64,000 nt of DNA, from the sequence record NC_031107.2; one strand, written 5' to 3'. The translations under genes and the position numbers were made by a program. Below, piece by piece: positions 45,487-54,028 of this stretch (position 1 is the stretch's first letter; each line of letters opens with the position of its first letter). The notes under the pieces are model-generated. The model was not told where the DNA came from. It saw nothing but the letters and a program-made list of their open reading frames with translations, and did no database searches.

Positions 45487-45625
45487 GCCGCCTACACACA
45501 GGTGCCAACTGTAAGACGTCCACGACAACGTCTTACTTGACCGTGTAACCTAAGTCCCCAACAACTTCCGGGTTACACGGTCCTTTTTGACCCCCACTAT
45601 CGACTATTACCTTAAGGATTAAACC

Positions 45626-46129
45626 ATGAACAATCAAATTCAAGATACCCGCATCGCGTTCTTTACCCAACATAACGCCCGCCCTGATTACTTACGTTCT
45701 GTGCTGTCAACCGCATGGAAGATGATCCAGCTCGACGACCTGACTCGCCACAAACAGTATAGCGAGTGGGATGAAGCGGTTCACACCCTGGCCAATAGCA
45801 TTGACTACGCCTGGGTGGAAGACGTGTTACAGTGCCGTCAACTGGATGTGTACTATCGCCGTATCCTTGGTGCCCAGCGTGTCTTGATGGCACTTGGTGC
45901 TAACCGCCCGGTACCGTACGGCGTACAAGACCGTCAGGATGACGAAACGCTTGACCACGTTCTCATCAGTGACTTCTGGGACAACAGCGCAGACATCCTG
46001 GAACTGTCCAGTGGTGAGCGCGTTGCCGCCAACCAGGTGTATACCTGCAACGCTGACATGTACAAACCTTATGCAACGATTAACGGTAAGAAAGTGCCCG
46101 TTCTTTCGCTTATGCATATGGGGCTGTAA
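45626..46129 (+). CDS. Hypothetical protein (167 aa)
   Basis: AAGGA RBS. Confidence 0.7.
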   Translation: MNNQIQDTRIAFFTQHNARPDYLRSVLSTAWKMIQLDDLTRHKQYSEWDEAVHTLANSIDYAWVEDVLQCRQLDVYYRRILGAQRVLMALGANRPVPYGVQDRQDDETLDHVLISDFWDNSADILELSSGERVAANQVYTCNADMYKPYATINGKKVPVLSLMHMGL

Positions 46130-46133
46130 TCTA

Positions 46134-46164
46134 AGAGGTAGCCTTCGGGCTACCTTCTTTTTTT
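46134..46164 (+). terminator. Intrinsic terminator
   Basis: AGAGGTAGCC-TTCG-GGCTACCTTCT + T run. Confidence 0.8.
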
Positions 46165-46183
46165 GACTAATTAAGGAACGAGT

Positions 46184-46792
46184 ATGAACGAACTGACGTT
46201 GGTACGTTTCATTGACGCGATGCGTGGTAATGAAGTTACCCCTACCAATAAGCTGTACATCGATTTGATGGCAGAAGAAATTGAAGGTTTTCTCGAGTAC
46301 CCTCGCCTGGTAGCGTATTTTGAGAAGTACACGCCGCAAGCGTACGCTAAATTAAAAGAGGCGCTGGAAAACCAACAAGACCTCACGCTAAACACCACGC
46401 CGTTTAAGGCCCTCACGGCCATCGAACCCAACGGAAGTGTGGATGTGCCGCGCCGGGTACTGTTCTTCTACATCCAGGGCGACAACATGATCGCTGAACG
46501 TGTCAACTGGATCGGGGAAAAACCCACGACGGTAAGTTGGATTGTAGGTAATGCGGCTGACGGGTGGAAAGAAGAAAATCACCAATCGTTCCCCTACGAA
46601 GAAATTCCCATGACGTATCTGTACCCAGTTTACCTGGATAAAGTAGCACCAGGCAAAACTGCGGAACTGACGGCCTTACTCTGCGAACAAACAGCAGAGG
46701 TAGTAATGAGCCCCGCAGGTAAAGCCTGGTCCGACCTGTCAAAAGCAGAGAGTTACTGGCTGATGTCCGGCTACAAAAAGTACAAAGAGTAA
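46184..46792 (+). CDS. Hypothetical protein (202 aa)
   Basis: AAGGA RBS. Confidence 0.7.
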   Translation: MNELTLVRFIDAMRGNEVTPTNKLYIDLMAEEIEGFLEYPRLVAYFEKYTPQAYAKLKEALENQQDLTLNTTPFKALTAIEPNGSVDVPRRVLFFYIQGDNMIAERVNWIGEKPTTVSWIVGNAADGWKEENHQSFPYEEIPMTYLYPVYLDKVAPGKTAELTALLCEQTAEVVMSPAGKAWSDLSKAESYWLMSGYKKYKE

Positions 46793-46801
46793 TGGTATCA
46801 A

Positions 46802-46840
46802 ATAGTTGGAGACCTTCGGGTCTCCACTTCTATTTTTTTT
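46802..46840 (+). terminator. Intrinsic terminator
   Basis: TGGAGACC-TTCG-GGTCTCCA + T8. Confidence 0.8.
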
Positions 46841-46895
46841 ACGCTTGACTTTAATGGATATGTAGAAACTAATACTTTTTCATTAGAAGGCAACC

Positions 46896-49406
46896 ATGCT
46901 AAAGGTCGAGCGTATCATTCTGAAAGGATTTACCGGTATGGGGTTGCATGAAATCGAGACTTTCGACTTCACACTCCAGTCGACCGTTACCATCATTCTT
47001 GGTGGCAATGGCTGCGGTAAGACAAGCTTGCTGTCTGTCTTTCTGCCATTAGCACCCTCCAAAACAGAATTCCGAGACGGGGGCTCTTACACGAACTATG
47101 CACTCGTGGGAGACCAGCGTTTCAAATTCCATGTCAAACGTAAAGGTAGCTCTCTCGTCTGTGACATTGAGAACCTGACCACCGGTGAAAAACTGATAGA
47201 CAATGCCAATTCAAAAGTCTACAACTCCCGCGTCGAAGAACTGACGGGTCTCACCAAAGAAATCAAAGAACTTATTAACGGGGAAATTCTGCTTACTGAT
47301 GCTGGTACTGATTTGCGTCGTAAGTGGTTGAACAAACTCTCGTCGTCCGACCTGACCTACGCGCTTGGCTTCTATGCCCGCCTGCGCAAAAACCTCACCA
47401 ACTTAAACGGCGCGATGGATCACACCAGTCGCAAAATTGCCGAGTTGAAGATGCGGGTCGTGCAGGACGGTGAGGAACGTCATCAGTTAGCTGACCGGTT
47501 GAATATTCTGGATACTGAGCTGCGTGAGTTAAACCGTACGCTTGAACAACTGCCGGGTATGAACCACGCTATTTCAAAGCGTAGCATTGAACAGCTGCTG
47601 CAACAGATGAAACCCATGACGGATCTCATTCTGAAACACCGGGGCGTGATTCCGAGTGAAGAAACCATTCGCTCAACCCGTGCGAACGAAACGTGTTTGC
47701 GTGAGTTTGCCGTTGCGGCTGAAACCGAGGTCTTGATGCTCAACAAAGAGCTGTCGACCTTGCTGGATGAGTCGACCCGTCAGGATTATCTGATGCGTAA
47801 CCACGAGGGGCTCAGTCAAACCCTAACCAAGTTACGTGAAGAACTGACAAACTGGGAAAACCAACCCTGGGCGTTTCCAGATTTGTTCACCGGTGAGTAC
47901 ATCAACGCGGATATGATTCGTCAGGCAACGGATGCGCGTGTCTGGGGACAGAAGTTAGGCACTACGCTGGATGCTGTGCACTCAAACGAGCGTCTGGCGG
48001 TACTGGAAGAACGTTTATGCCGCTTCGATCAGGTTTCTGCGGGATTGAACGAACGTCTACAGCGTGTGAGGAACGTACTGCATGGTCTGGAGCACGAGCG
48101 GGGACACTTCCTGGATACTGCAGAGGTGGATTGTCCGAAGTGTACCCACCGTTTCCGTCCAGGGGTGCGTAAACCGCTTGACGTGATTGAGCGTGAAATC
48201 AACGAGAACGTGGTGTGGAAGAAACAGGTAGAGGAAGAACTCGAAACCTTGCTGGAAAACCGCAAAAACGTGGAGAGTGATGTCGGTTACCTGCGTCAGG
48301 TGCGTGAGATTGTCCTGACGTATTCCAAAGACCCGGTACTCAGCCTGTTCTTTAAGAAGCTGCAGGAAAAGGATGTGTTCACCGACAATCGGCATCTGTT
48401 CGGTGGGCTATGCAACACCTTCAGCGAAGAACTGAACTGTGCGCTTAACTGTCTACAGACCCGCCAACGTTTGGCTCGTGCTGAGAAAGACTGGGCCGAA
48501 GCCGTTGCCGCCGTGGGTAATGTGGATGGCGCGTTGCATCAGAAAATCGAACACCTTCGTGGTAGACTGGGTGATGCGACTGAGCGTCTCTCAGAGCGAC
48601 GTAGAGCGGTTGAAGAGGTAACAGCAGTCCTGACGTACCAGGAAAATGTTAAACGTGCCGTAGACCATTTTAACAGCCTTTTCGCACGTCTCGGCAATGA
48701 CGTACAATCGTCGATGGCCAACACCCTGGTTAACGAGTTGTTGTCTGCCCGTGAGAACAAGCTGGATGCGTATACCACGGCCCGTGAACGCTGGCGTCAA
48801 ATGGAAAACGAACTGGCGAATCTCGATGCGTTGGAAAAAGAACTGGCAGATTTACAGGCCCAACACTTTAACAACAAGTTGATGATTCAAGCCTGGTCGC
48901 CGGAGAAAGGGGTATTGCGTAAATACTTCTACAATGCCATTGTGCGTATTACGGAATTGATGTCACGTTATATCGACCGTGTTTGGTCGTATCCGATGCG
49001 GGTGATGCCGTGTGATTTAACCGAGGGGGATTTGGACTACACTTTCCCGGTGCAAATGAAAACGCATCCCGAACCAGTACCGGATGTGCGCAAAGGCTCC
49101 AAAGCCCAGCGTGCAATCTTTAACTTGATGTTCCGACTGACTGCGTATAAGGCACTCAATTTACACCAATTCCCCTTGGTATTGGATGAACCCTCAGAAG
49201 GCATGGATGAAGAACACAAGAATTCTCTCGTGGGCTTTATCAAATCCATTGCGCAATCTGGTGAGTTCTCTCAACTGTTGGTAGTCTCACATGAGGCGGA
49301 AGTACATTCCAAGCTCAACGAGGCGACGTACTGTGTAGTTGAGCCGGAAGGGGTTACGCTGCCTCCTGTCTATAACGAGGGAGTTAAAATTGTCTACGCA
49401 GCGTGA
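46896..49406 (+). CDS. sbcC: SbcC/Rad50-like SMC-family ATPase (836 aa)
   Basis: Walker A GGNGCGKT, coiled coils, central CPKC zinc hook, Walker B LVLDEP, H-loop VVSH. Confidence 0.88.
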   Translation: MLKVERIILKGFTGMGLHEIETFDFTLQSTVTIILGGNGCGKTSLLSVFLPLAPSKTEFRDGGSYTNYALVGDQRFKFHVKRKGSSLVCDIENLTTGEKLIDNANSKVYNSRVEELTGLTKEIKELINGEILLTDAGTDLRRKWLNKLSSSDLTYALGFYARLRKNLTNLNGAMDHTSRKIAELKMRVVQDGEERHQLADRLNILDTELRELNRTLEQLPGMNHAISKRSIEQLLQQMKPMTDLILKHRGVIPSEETIRSTRANETCLREFAVAAETEVLMLNKELSTLLDESTRQDYLMRNHEGLSQTLTKLREELTNWENQPWAFPDLFTGEYINADMIRQATDARVWGQKLGTTLDAVHSNERLAVLEERLCRFDQVSAGLNERLQRVRNVLHGLEHERGHFLDTAEVDCPKCTHRFRPGVRKPLDVIEREINENVVWKKQVEEELETLLENRKNVESDVGYLRQVREIVLTYSKDPVLSLFFKKLQEKDVFTDNRHLFGGLCNTFSEELNCALNCLQTRQRLARAEKDWAEAVAAVGNVDGALHQKIEHLRGRLGDATERLSERRRAVEEVTAVLTYQENVKRAVDHFNSLFARLGNDVQSSMANTLVNELLSARENKLDAYTTARERWRQMENELANLDALEKELADLQAQHFNNKLMIQAWSPEKGVLRKYFYNAIVRITELMSRYIDRVWSYPMRVMPCDLTEGDLDYTFPVQMKTHPEPVPDVRKGSKAQRAIFNLMFRLTAYKALNLHQFPLVLDEPSEGMDEEHKNSLVGFIKSIAQSGEFSQLLVVSHEAEVHSKLNEATYCVVEPEGVTLPPVYNEGVKIVYAA

Positions 49407-49590
49407 TTGGGGACGTGAGCTGGTCAGTGTGTTATTCTGGGTTGTTGCCACACTGATCGGCTTTTTCTATTTACTGTTTTGTGCGGGTGTGATTATTGTC
49501 CACTTGGGTTTCTATCTTGCGCAGGGGTTAAAGATGGCGTGGGATTGGGGCTTTAAGCCGCCGACAGAGTATGAGTACCGGGGGAAATAA
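49390..49590 (+). CDS. Small membrane protein (66 aa)
   Basis: TTG after GAGGGAG; long hydrophobic stretch. Confidence 0.55.
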   Translation: MSTQRDWGRELVSVLFWVVATLIGFFYLLFCAGVIIVHLGFYLAQGLKMAWDWGFKPPTEYEYRGK

Positions 49591-49700
49591 TGGAAGTAGG
49601 AATCGCATTAGTGCTGGGTTCCCTGTGGCTGGTTGGAAAAGCCTGGGACTGGATTATCAAACATAAGGGATGGGCGTTCGATGGGAAGACGTCGTGGTAA
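49590..49700 (+). CDS. Small membrane peptide (36 aa, MEVGIALVLGSLWLVGKAWDW...)
   Basis: Hand-translated; TAATG coupling. Confidence 0.5.
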   Translation: MEVGIALVLGSLWLVGKAWDWIIKHKGWAFDGKTSW

Positions 49701-49893
49701 ATCAAAGCTGAAGATAGCAGCACTGTTAGTATTGCATGTTCTGGTGCTGTGGGGATTACTTGTGATTTCTGCATCACCGGGCTTGTGGGTTATAATCCTG
49801 CTCATCTTCATCGAGGGGATTTATCTCGGCCGTCTCTCAACGCGTCCTCCGTTATTGCGGGACCCGGCTTACGATGACCGGGAGGCAGCGTGA
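49681..49893 (+). CDS. Small membrane protein, two predicted TM helices (70 aa)
   Basis: Basic N-terminus MGRRRGKSK then two hydrophobic segments. Confidence 0.55.
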   Translation: MGRRRGKSKLKIAALLVLHVLVLWGLLVISASPGLWVIILLIFIEGIYLGRLSTRPPLLRDPAYDDREAA

Positions 49894-49997
49894 TGGCTTT
49901 TCTTATCGCGTTGTTTAAAGCGACGGTACTTAGTGCCTGCGCGATCGTGTGCACAGTAATCGGGGCAGTCTTTGCGTTAACGCAGGGCTGGTTTTAA
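49893..49997 (+). CDS. Small hydrophobic peptide (34 aa, MAFLIALFKATVLSAC...)
   Basis: Hand-translated; TGATG coupling, GGGAGG RBS. Confidence 0.5.
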   Translation: MAFLIALFKATVLSACAIVCTVIGAVFALTQGWF

Positions 49998-50085
49998 CGA
50001 GAGAGGTTGGTATGCGAGGTGAGTCATGTAAACGAGAACTGAAATTGTGCAGCTTAACGATTTCGATGGCAGGCGGAGTGTGATA

Positions 50086-50313
50086 ATGGGAAAACCTAAA
50101 CGAACACTCACAGCTTGTATTGTTGCAGTGCTTCAGAGGAACCTCGAGCTTTCGACATCACAGTTTGCGGATGAAGCTGTTGAATGCGACCTCGACGATA
50201 TGCCTGAAGTTTCACGTCCGGTTGTTAAACCCTGGCGTGGTAGTCAGATGCGTGCTGCGAATATGGCGCGTCAAGCTACACCTAAACGACACTGGAAAAT
50301 TCAGCGTCGCTGA
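50086..50313 (+). CDS. Hypothetical protein (75 aa)
   Basis: ATG after GGAG. Confidence 0.5.
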   Translation: MGKPKRTLTACIVAVLQRNLELSTSQFADEAVECDLDDMPEVSRPVVKPWRGSQMRAANMARQATPKRHWKIQRR

Positions 50314-50476
50314 GATACTTACCCATTAGAGGAAGATCTCATACCTGCAGTAGGTACGATGTTATCTGCAAGATATACCAGAGTTCACTTTGACTAATTA
50401 CACAACTTTTCTTTCGTTATCATACTTCGTTTAATCCACATTGGATTTAAACAAGTTTACTTAGGAACTGAAATCC

Positions 50477-50968
50477 ATGACCGAAATCGTAATTCTTTCA
50501 TCATCCTCTGACTTTTCGGAAGCAGCTAAAAAGCAGTTGTTGGCACTGCATTACAAGTTTCTGAATCATCAGCGCAATTCACTACACATCGAAAAGGCCG
50601 TTGTTCCTGACCTTTCGGTGGAGAAGCTGATGGCAGGTAACCGTGTAGCGGTTGCAGTGGAAGGCGGTAGCCCGGTGGGTTATTGTCTCTACCGGATTAT
50701 CGGTGGGGTGTTAAAGATTCGTACGATGTTTGTCAGTGAAGCCTTTCGTCGTCGTGGCTTCATGACTGCTATGCTTGATACACTGGGTGTTAAAGAGGTG
50801 TTCCACTGCATTCATGCAGGTGTGTTCGCCAAAGAAGAACCAGCGGTCACGTTCTTCAAAGCTCAAGGCTTCAATACCACCGCCAGTCGTGATGGCGAAT
50901 GGTTAGAAGTTGAGAAATTCATCATTCCCGATGAGATTAAAGCAGAAACCACGCTCGCCGTGGCTTGA
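50477..50968 (+). CDS. GNAT-family acetyltransferase (163 aa)
   Basis: FVSEAFRRRGFMTAML acetyl-CoA-binding motif A; A..FFKAQGF motif B. Confidence 0.8.
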   Translation: MTEIVILSSSSDFSEAAKKQLLALHYKFLNHQRNSLHIEKAVVPDLSVEKLMAGNRVAVAVEGGSPVGYCLYRIIGGVLKIRTMFVSEAFRRRGFMTAMLDTLGVKEVFHCIHAGVFAKEEPAVTFFKAQGFNTTASRDGEWLEVEKFIIPDEIKAETTLAVA

Positions 50969-51127
50969 TAACGTAGCTCTCCTTTCGTATAGATATCCCC
51001 AACTACCTGTGGGATTTTTACGTTAGGAGAGCTATTTATGTTTAACCGACCCGATGTACCTGCACTCAACACTGACGTTTGCTGGCCGGAATATGCCCGC
51101 GTCATTCCTTTTCTCCAGGAGGCTAAA

Positions 51128-51367
51128 ATGAAAGAGCCTATTCACGTTAACGTCGGCACAATTGGTCACGTTGACCATTCACGTTCTGCTATCGGTGCCT
51201 GTATTGGTGGCGCGCTGGGCACGCTTCCCGCAGCCCAACCGTTTGACTGGCATCCGGTGAAAGCTCAACCGCTGGTTCTGATTCATGCCAGTGAAATGGA
51301 TAACCTGCTGTCAATGCTGGAGAACGGGATGTCGTTGCACGTTGAGGTGCATCACCCTGTTGAGTAG
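51128..51367 (+). CDS. Small protein starting with the EF-Tu motif [12 protein letters not shown] (79 aa; alternative in-frame start 51038, 109 aa)
   Basis: GGAGG RBS before ATG 51128; TAGGAG before ATG 51038. Confidence 0.7.
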   Translation: [79 protein letters not shown]

Positions 51368-51393
51368 TACGTAGTACCCTAAAGGATAATGCA

Positions 51394-51831
51394 ATGGATA
51401 ATTTAGTAATCGGTAATAGTCGTCGCGGTATGACTCGCTCACTGCTTTCAGAAGCGCTACTTCAAATGGAAGAAAGTCAATACCAAGACCCAAGCCTTGT
51501 GCGTGCGCTACAGTGGCACAGTTTGCTGGTTAAGCGTGACCGCGTAAACGGGGTGCCGGTCAATGCGTGCAGCCATTTACTGGGGTTAACCCCGACGATT
51601 CAAATCGCGCTAATCAAACCCCGATACTGGCGTCCTGGGTTAATTCGTGAGGCGTATCTGCTGGAACGTTGTAAGATTGACCCGGCAAAGGTGTGGCGCA
51701 AAATGGACGACCACACTTACCGCGAAGAAATTACACATTCCCTCAATCTTTTGTTAGCCCTCCGCCGCCAAGGAATTCATCACGAGGGATTCGAATCCGC
51801 GATGAGCGCCTGGCTGAGGAAACACAAATGA
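51394..51831 (+). CDS. Hypothetical protein (145 aa)
   Basis: AAGGA RBS. Confidence 0.65.
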   Translation: MDNLVIGNSRRGMTRSLLSEALLQMEESQYQDPSLVRALQWHSLLVKRDRVNGVPVNACSHLLGLTPTIQIALIKPRYWRPGLIREAYLLERCKIDPAKVWRKMDDHTYREEITHSLNLLLALRRQGIHHEGFESAMSAWLRKHK

Positions 51832-52019
51832 GTGTTGAAAACGAAGTTGTTGAATTAATTGAAGATGGGTATTTGGTTGGCTACTACTTTCCGCCAACCG
51901 AAGAAGAGAAGCGTATTCATCAAGTGTGGTTAGTCACTAACATGAAACCTAACCCGGCGATGGATAGTGTGGGGATTAACCTGCCAGGGCACAGTCCCTG
52001 GGGTTGGGGGAAGTGGTAA
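51828..52019 (+). CDS. Hypothetical protein (63 aa)
   Basis: ATGA overlap, GAGGA RBS. Confidence 0.55.
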   Translation: MSVENEVVELIEDGYLVGYYFPPTEEEKRIHQVWLVTNMKPNPAMDSVGINLPGHSPWGWGKW

Positions 52020-52459
52020 TGAGTGAGAAACCCTTTTTTCCGACGACTGTTCGTGTCGGTGAAACCATCTCGGTGGTGGATGCAGAAGGTAACCCGGTAG
52101 CCGAACTGGTGGTGCCGTGTCTGGAAGATTTTCAAAACACCGTACCGATGGCGGGTCGGGTGGTAATCTTCTTTAAAGGTCTTATCCGTAAGGCAGGGTT
52201 ACGCCCTGACGGAATACCGGCCGACGTAATCGCAGAGTTTGAACGCCGATATCGTGAAATCGAACTTACCTTTAAAGAGGCGATATTGTATCGGCCTAAC
52301 CCGCACGACTTTTCAATGATTGGTTGGAAGGTGCGCGAATATCGTGAATCTCTGCCGCCAGTAGAAAGTGGATACCGCCGTGATATCTATTTTGCTAAGC
52401 CTACCTGGGCACCGTATACAACTCTGTTCACTTACCGGGATATGGAATACGAAGAATGA
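52019..52459 (+). CDS. Hypothetical protein (146 aa)
   Basis: TAATG coupling. Confidence 0.6.
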   Translation: MSEKPFFPTTVRVGETISVVDAEGNPVAELVVPCLEDFQNTVPMAGRVVIFFKGLIRKAGLRPDGIPADVIAEFERRYREIELTFKEAILYRPNPHDFSMIGWKVREYRESLPPVESGYRRDIYFAKPTWAPYTTLFTYRDMEYEE

Positions 52460-52755
52460 CTGCGTATCTGAATCTTAAAGGCCGGTATGTCGAAATGCCA
52501 CGTACCTGGAATTCCAAGACAGCCATTGCTTGTCTGGTACACATGGCGTGCGGCTATCCCCGTCGTCAGTTGACTGAACCGGAATATATTCCGAATGTCC
52601 CGGAAGAAGTTTCGGCGTTGCGTCAGGTGGTTCTCGATCGTATCTGCGCAACCGTTGAACACATCGCCGGGTCTGCATGGGCCAAAGTGGCACAGGAGAG
52701 TATTGATGTCACTCGAACTGATAGACGAGGCCGTTATCTCAGGCGACCTGTTTAA
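52456..52755 (+). CDS. Hypothetical protein (99 aa)
   Basis: ATGA overlap. Confidence 0.5.
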   Translation: MTAYLNLKGRYVEMPRTWNSKTAIACLVHMACGYPRRQLTEPEYIPNVPEEVSALRQVVLDRICATVEHIAGSAWAKVAQESIDVTRTDRRGRYLRRPV

Positions 52756-53206
52756 CGCCCCTGCGGCGTTCAAGGTCGTCACGGTGAACTGCGTGGGTGC
52801 TATGGGTCGGGGAATTGCGTTAGCCTGTAAGGAGCGCTTCCCTGACCTCTATGAGCACTATCGTAAACGGTGCTTTGCAGGTGAGATTGTGGTTGGTAAA
52901 GTGTACGTTTATCCTGACGAAGGGGTAATATTACTGCCGACCAAAACCCACTTTAAGTACAAGTCACAGGTTTCTTATGTTACTACCGGCGTTACGGCGT
53001 TGGCAGAACAGGGCAAAGACTTAGAAGGCGGTATTGCGATTCCTCCATTGGGAATGGCGCACGGCTGGCTAACCTTTAATGAACGGTGGGGTATTTACCA
53101 GCACCTCCACAAGCGACTACACACACCAGGACAAGACTATCGATTATACCTACCAGCAAACCTGTTAGCGGAAGCCACAAGAGCTATCCCAAACACTTTG
53201 AAATAG
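52706..53206 (+). CDS. Macrodomain protein, DarG/Poa1p-like ADP-ribose hydrolase fold (166 aa)
   Basis: GDLF..VVTVNCVGAMGRGIALACKERFP, LLPTK.HF, IAIPPLG..HG.L; ATG 52706 after CAGGAG. Confidence 0.85.
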   Translation: MSLELIDEAVISGDLFNAPAAFKVVTVNCVGAMGRGIALACKERFPDLYEHYRKRCFAGEIVVGKVYVYPDEGVILLPTKTHFKYKSQVSYVTTGVTALAEQGKDLEGGIAIPPLGMAHGWLTFNERWGIYQHLHKRLHTPGQDYRLYLPANLLAEATRAIPNTLK

Positions 53207-53224
53207 ATATTATTAATTGGGCAC
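53196..53224 (+). promoter_or_regulatory. Repeated promoter-like motif
   Basis: CTTTGAAATAGATATTAT, nearly identical to CTTTCAAATAGATATTAT at 62023. Confidence 0.5.
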
Positions 53225-53308
53225 GTAACAAAGGAGACCGAGCTGTCCGCGCCGTGATTCTAATTGGGGAATACGGAAAAGTAATATAATTCCAAACGGA
53301 GAACCGTC

Positions 53309-54028
53309 ATGTTTCGTCTTATTCTTTCTTTGCTGGTAGTAGTGGTGTCCTTCAACGCAAACGCATCTTACCAGTCTTCGAGTACCAAGCAGCAAAAGGA
53401 ATTCAAGCTGATTGAGCAGCGCTTTGAGAAAGTCAAGCCGCTCATCGTTCGTGTGGCCAAGGAACAGGGTGTCCATGCAGGCACATTGACCACCACCATT
53501 TACCGGGAATCTAAATTCAACGTCAAAGTTGGAAAGAACAAAAAAAGTAGCGCTCACAGCCTTGTGCAGATGACCATGCCGACGAAGCGTTACATGCTGA
53601 AACTTTACGGAAGCCAACTGGGTATTCCGAAGAACGCGGATTTGAATAATCCGAAATATGCCGTGACCTTAGCCGCTGCATACTTTAACCATATCGAGGA
53701 TCACCTGACCAAACAACTCAAACGCAAGCCGAGTAATGCCGAGGTTGCGCTCGGTTATCGTTTCGGTGAGAATGCCGCAGTCGCGATGATTAAAAAGAAG
53801 TCATCGACGGGTAAACGCTGGATGGCCAGCTTCCGGAAAGACGCTGCTTTCTACGGGGCTAAAGTCACCCCACCGAAAGAGGTTATTGAAACCCATCAGC
53901 TTGCTTTTGCGAAGAAAGAGCCAGTTATTGACGTGACAGAGCTGCAAAGCATCTGGAGTAATTTGTACAAGCCTGCCGTGAACACCGTGCTGGCGTTTAA
54001 TAAAGACCTTAAAGGAGCATCACTTTGA
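53309..54028 (+). CDS. Secreted SLT-type lytic transglycosylase-like protein (239 aa)
   Basis: Signal peptide ending NANA; IYRESKFN catalytic Glu; SSAHSLVQM; LAAAYF; LGYRFGE. Confidence 0.75.
   Translation: MFRLILSLLVVVVSFNANASYQSSSTKQQKEFKLIEQRFEKVKPLIVRVAKEQGVHAGTLTTTIYRESKFNVKVGKNKKSSAHSLVQMTMPTKRYMLKLYGSQLGIPKNADLNNPKYAVTLAAAYFNHIEDHLTKQLKRKPSNAEVALGYRFGENAAVAMIKKKSSTGKRWMASFRKDAAFYGAKVTPPKEVIETHQLAFAKKEPVIDVTELQSIWSNLYKPAVNTVLAFNKDLKGASL

Noticed and set aside
51128-51367. Calling this gene tufA/EF-Tu or a pseudogene of it
   Set aside because: Only 12 residues match, the GKT is absent, the rest is unrelated, and the ORF has intact expression signals.
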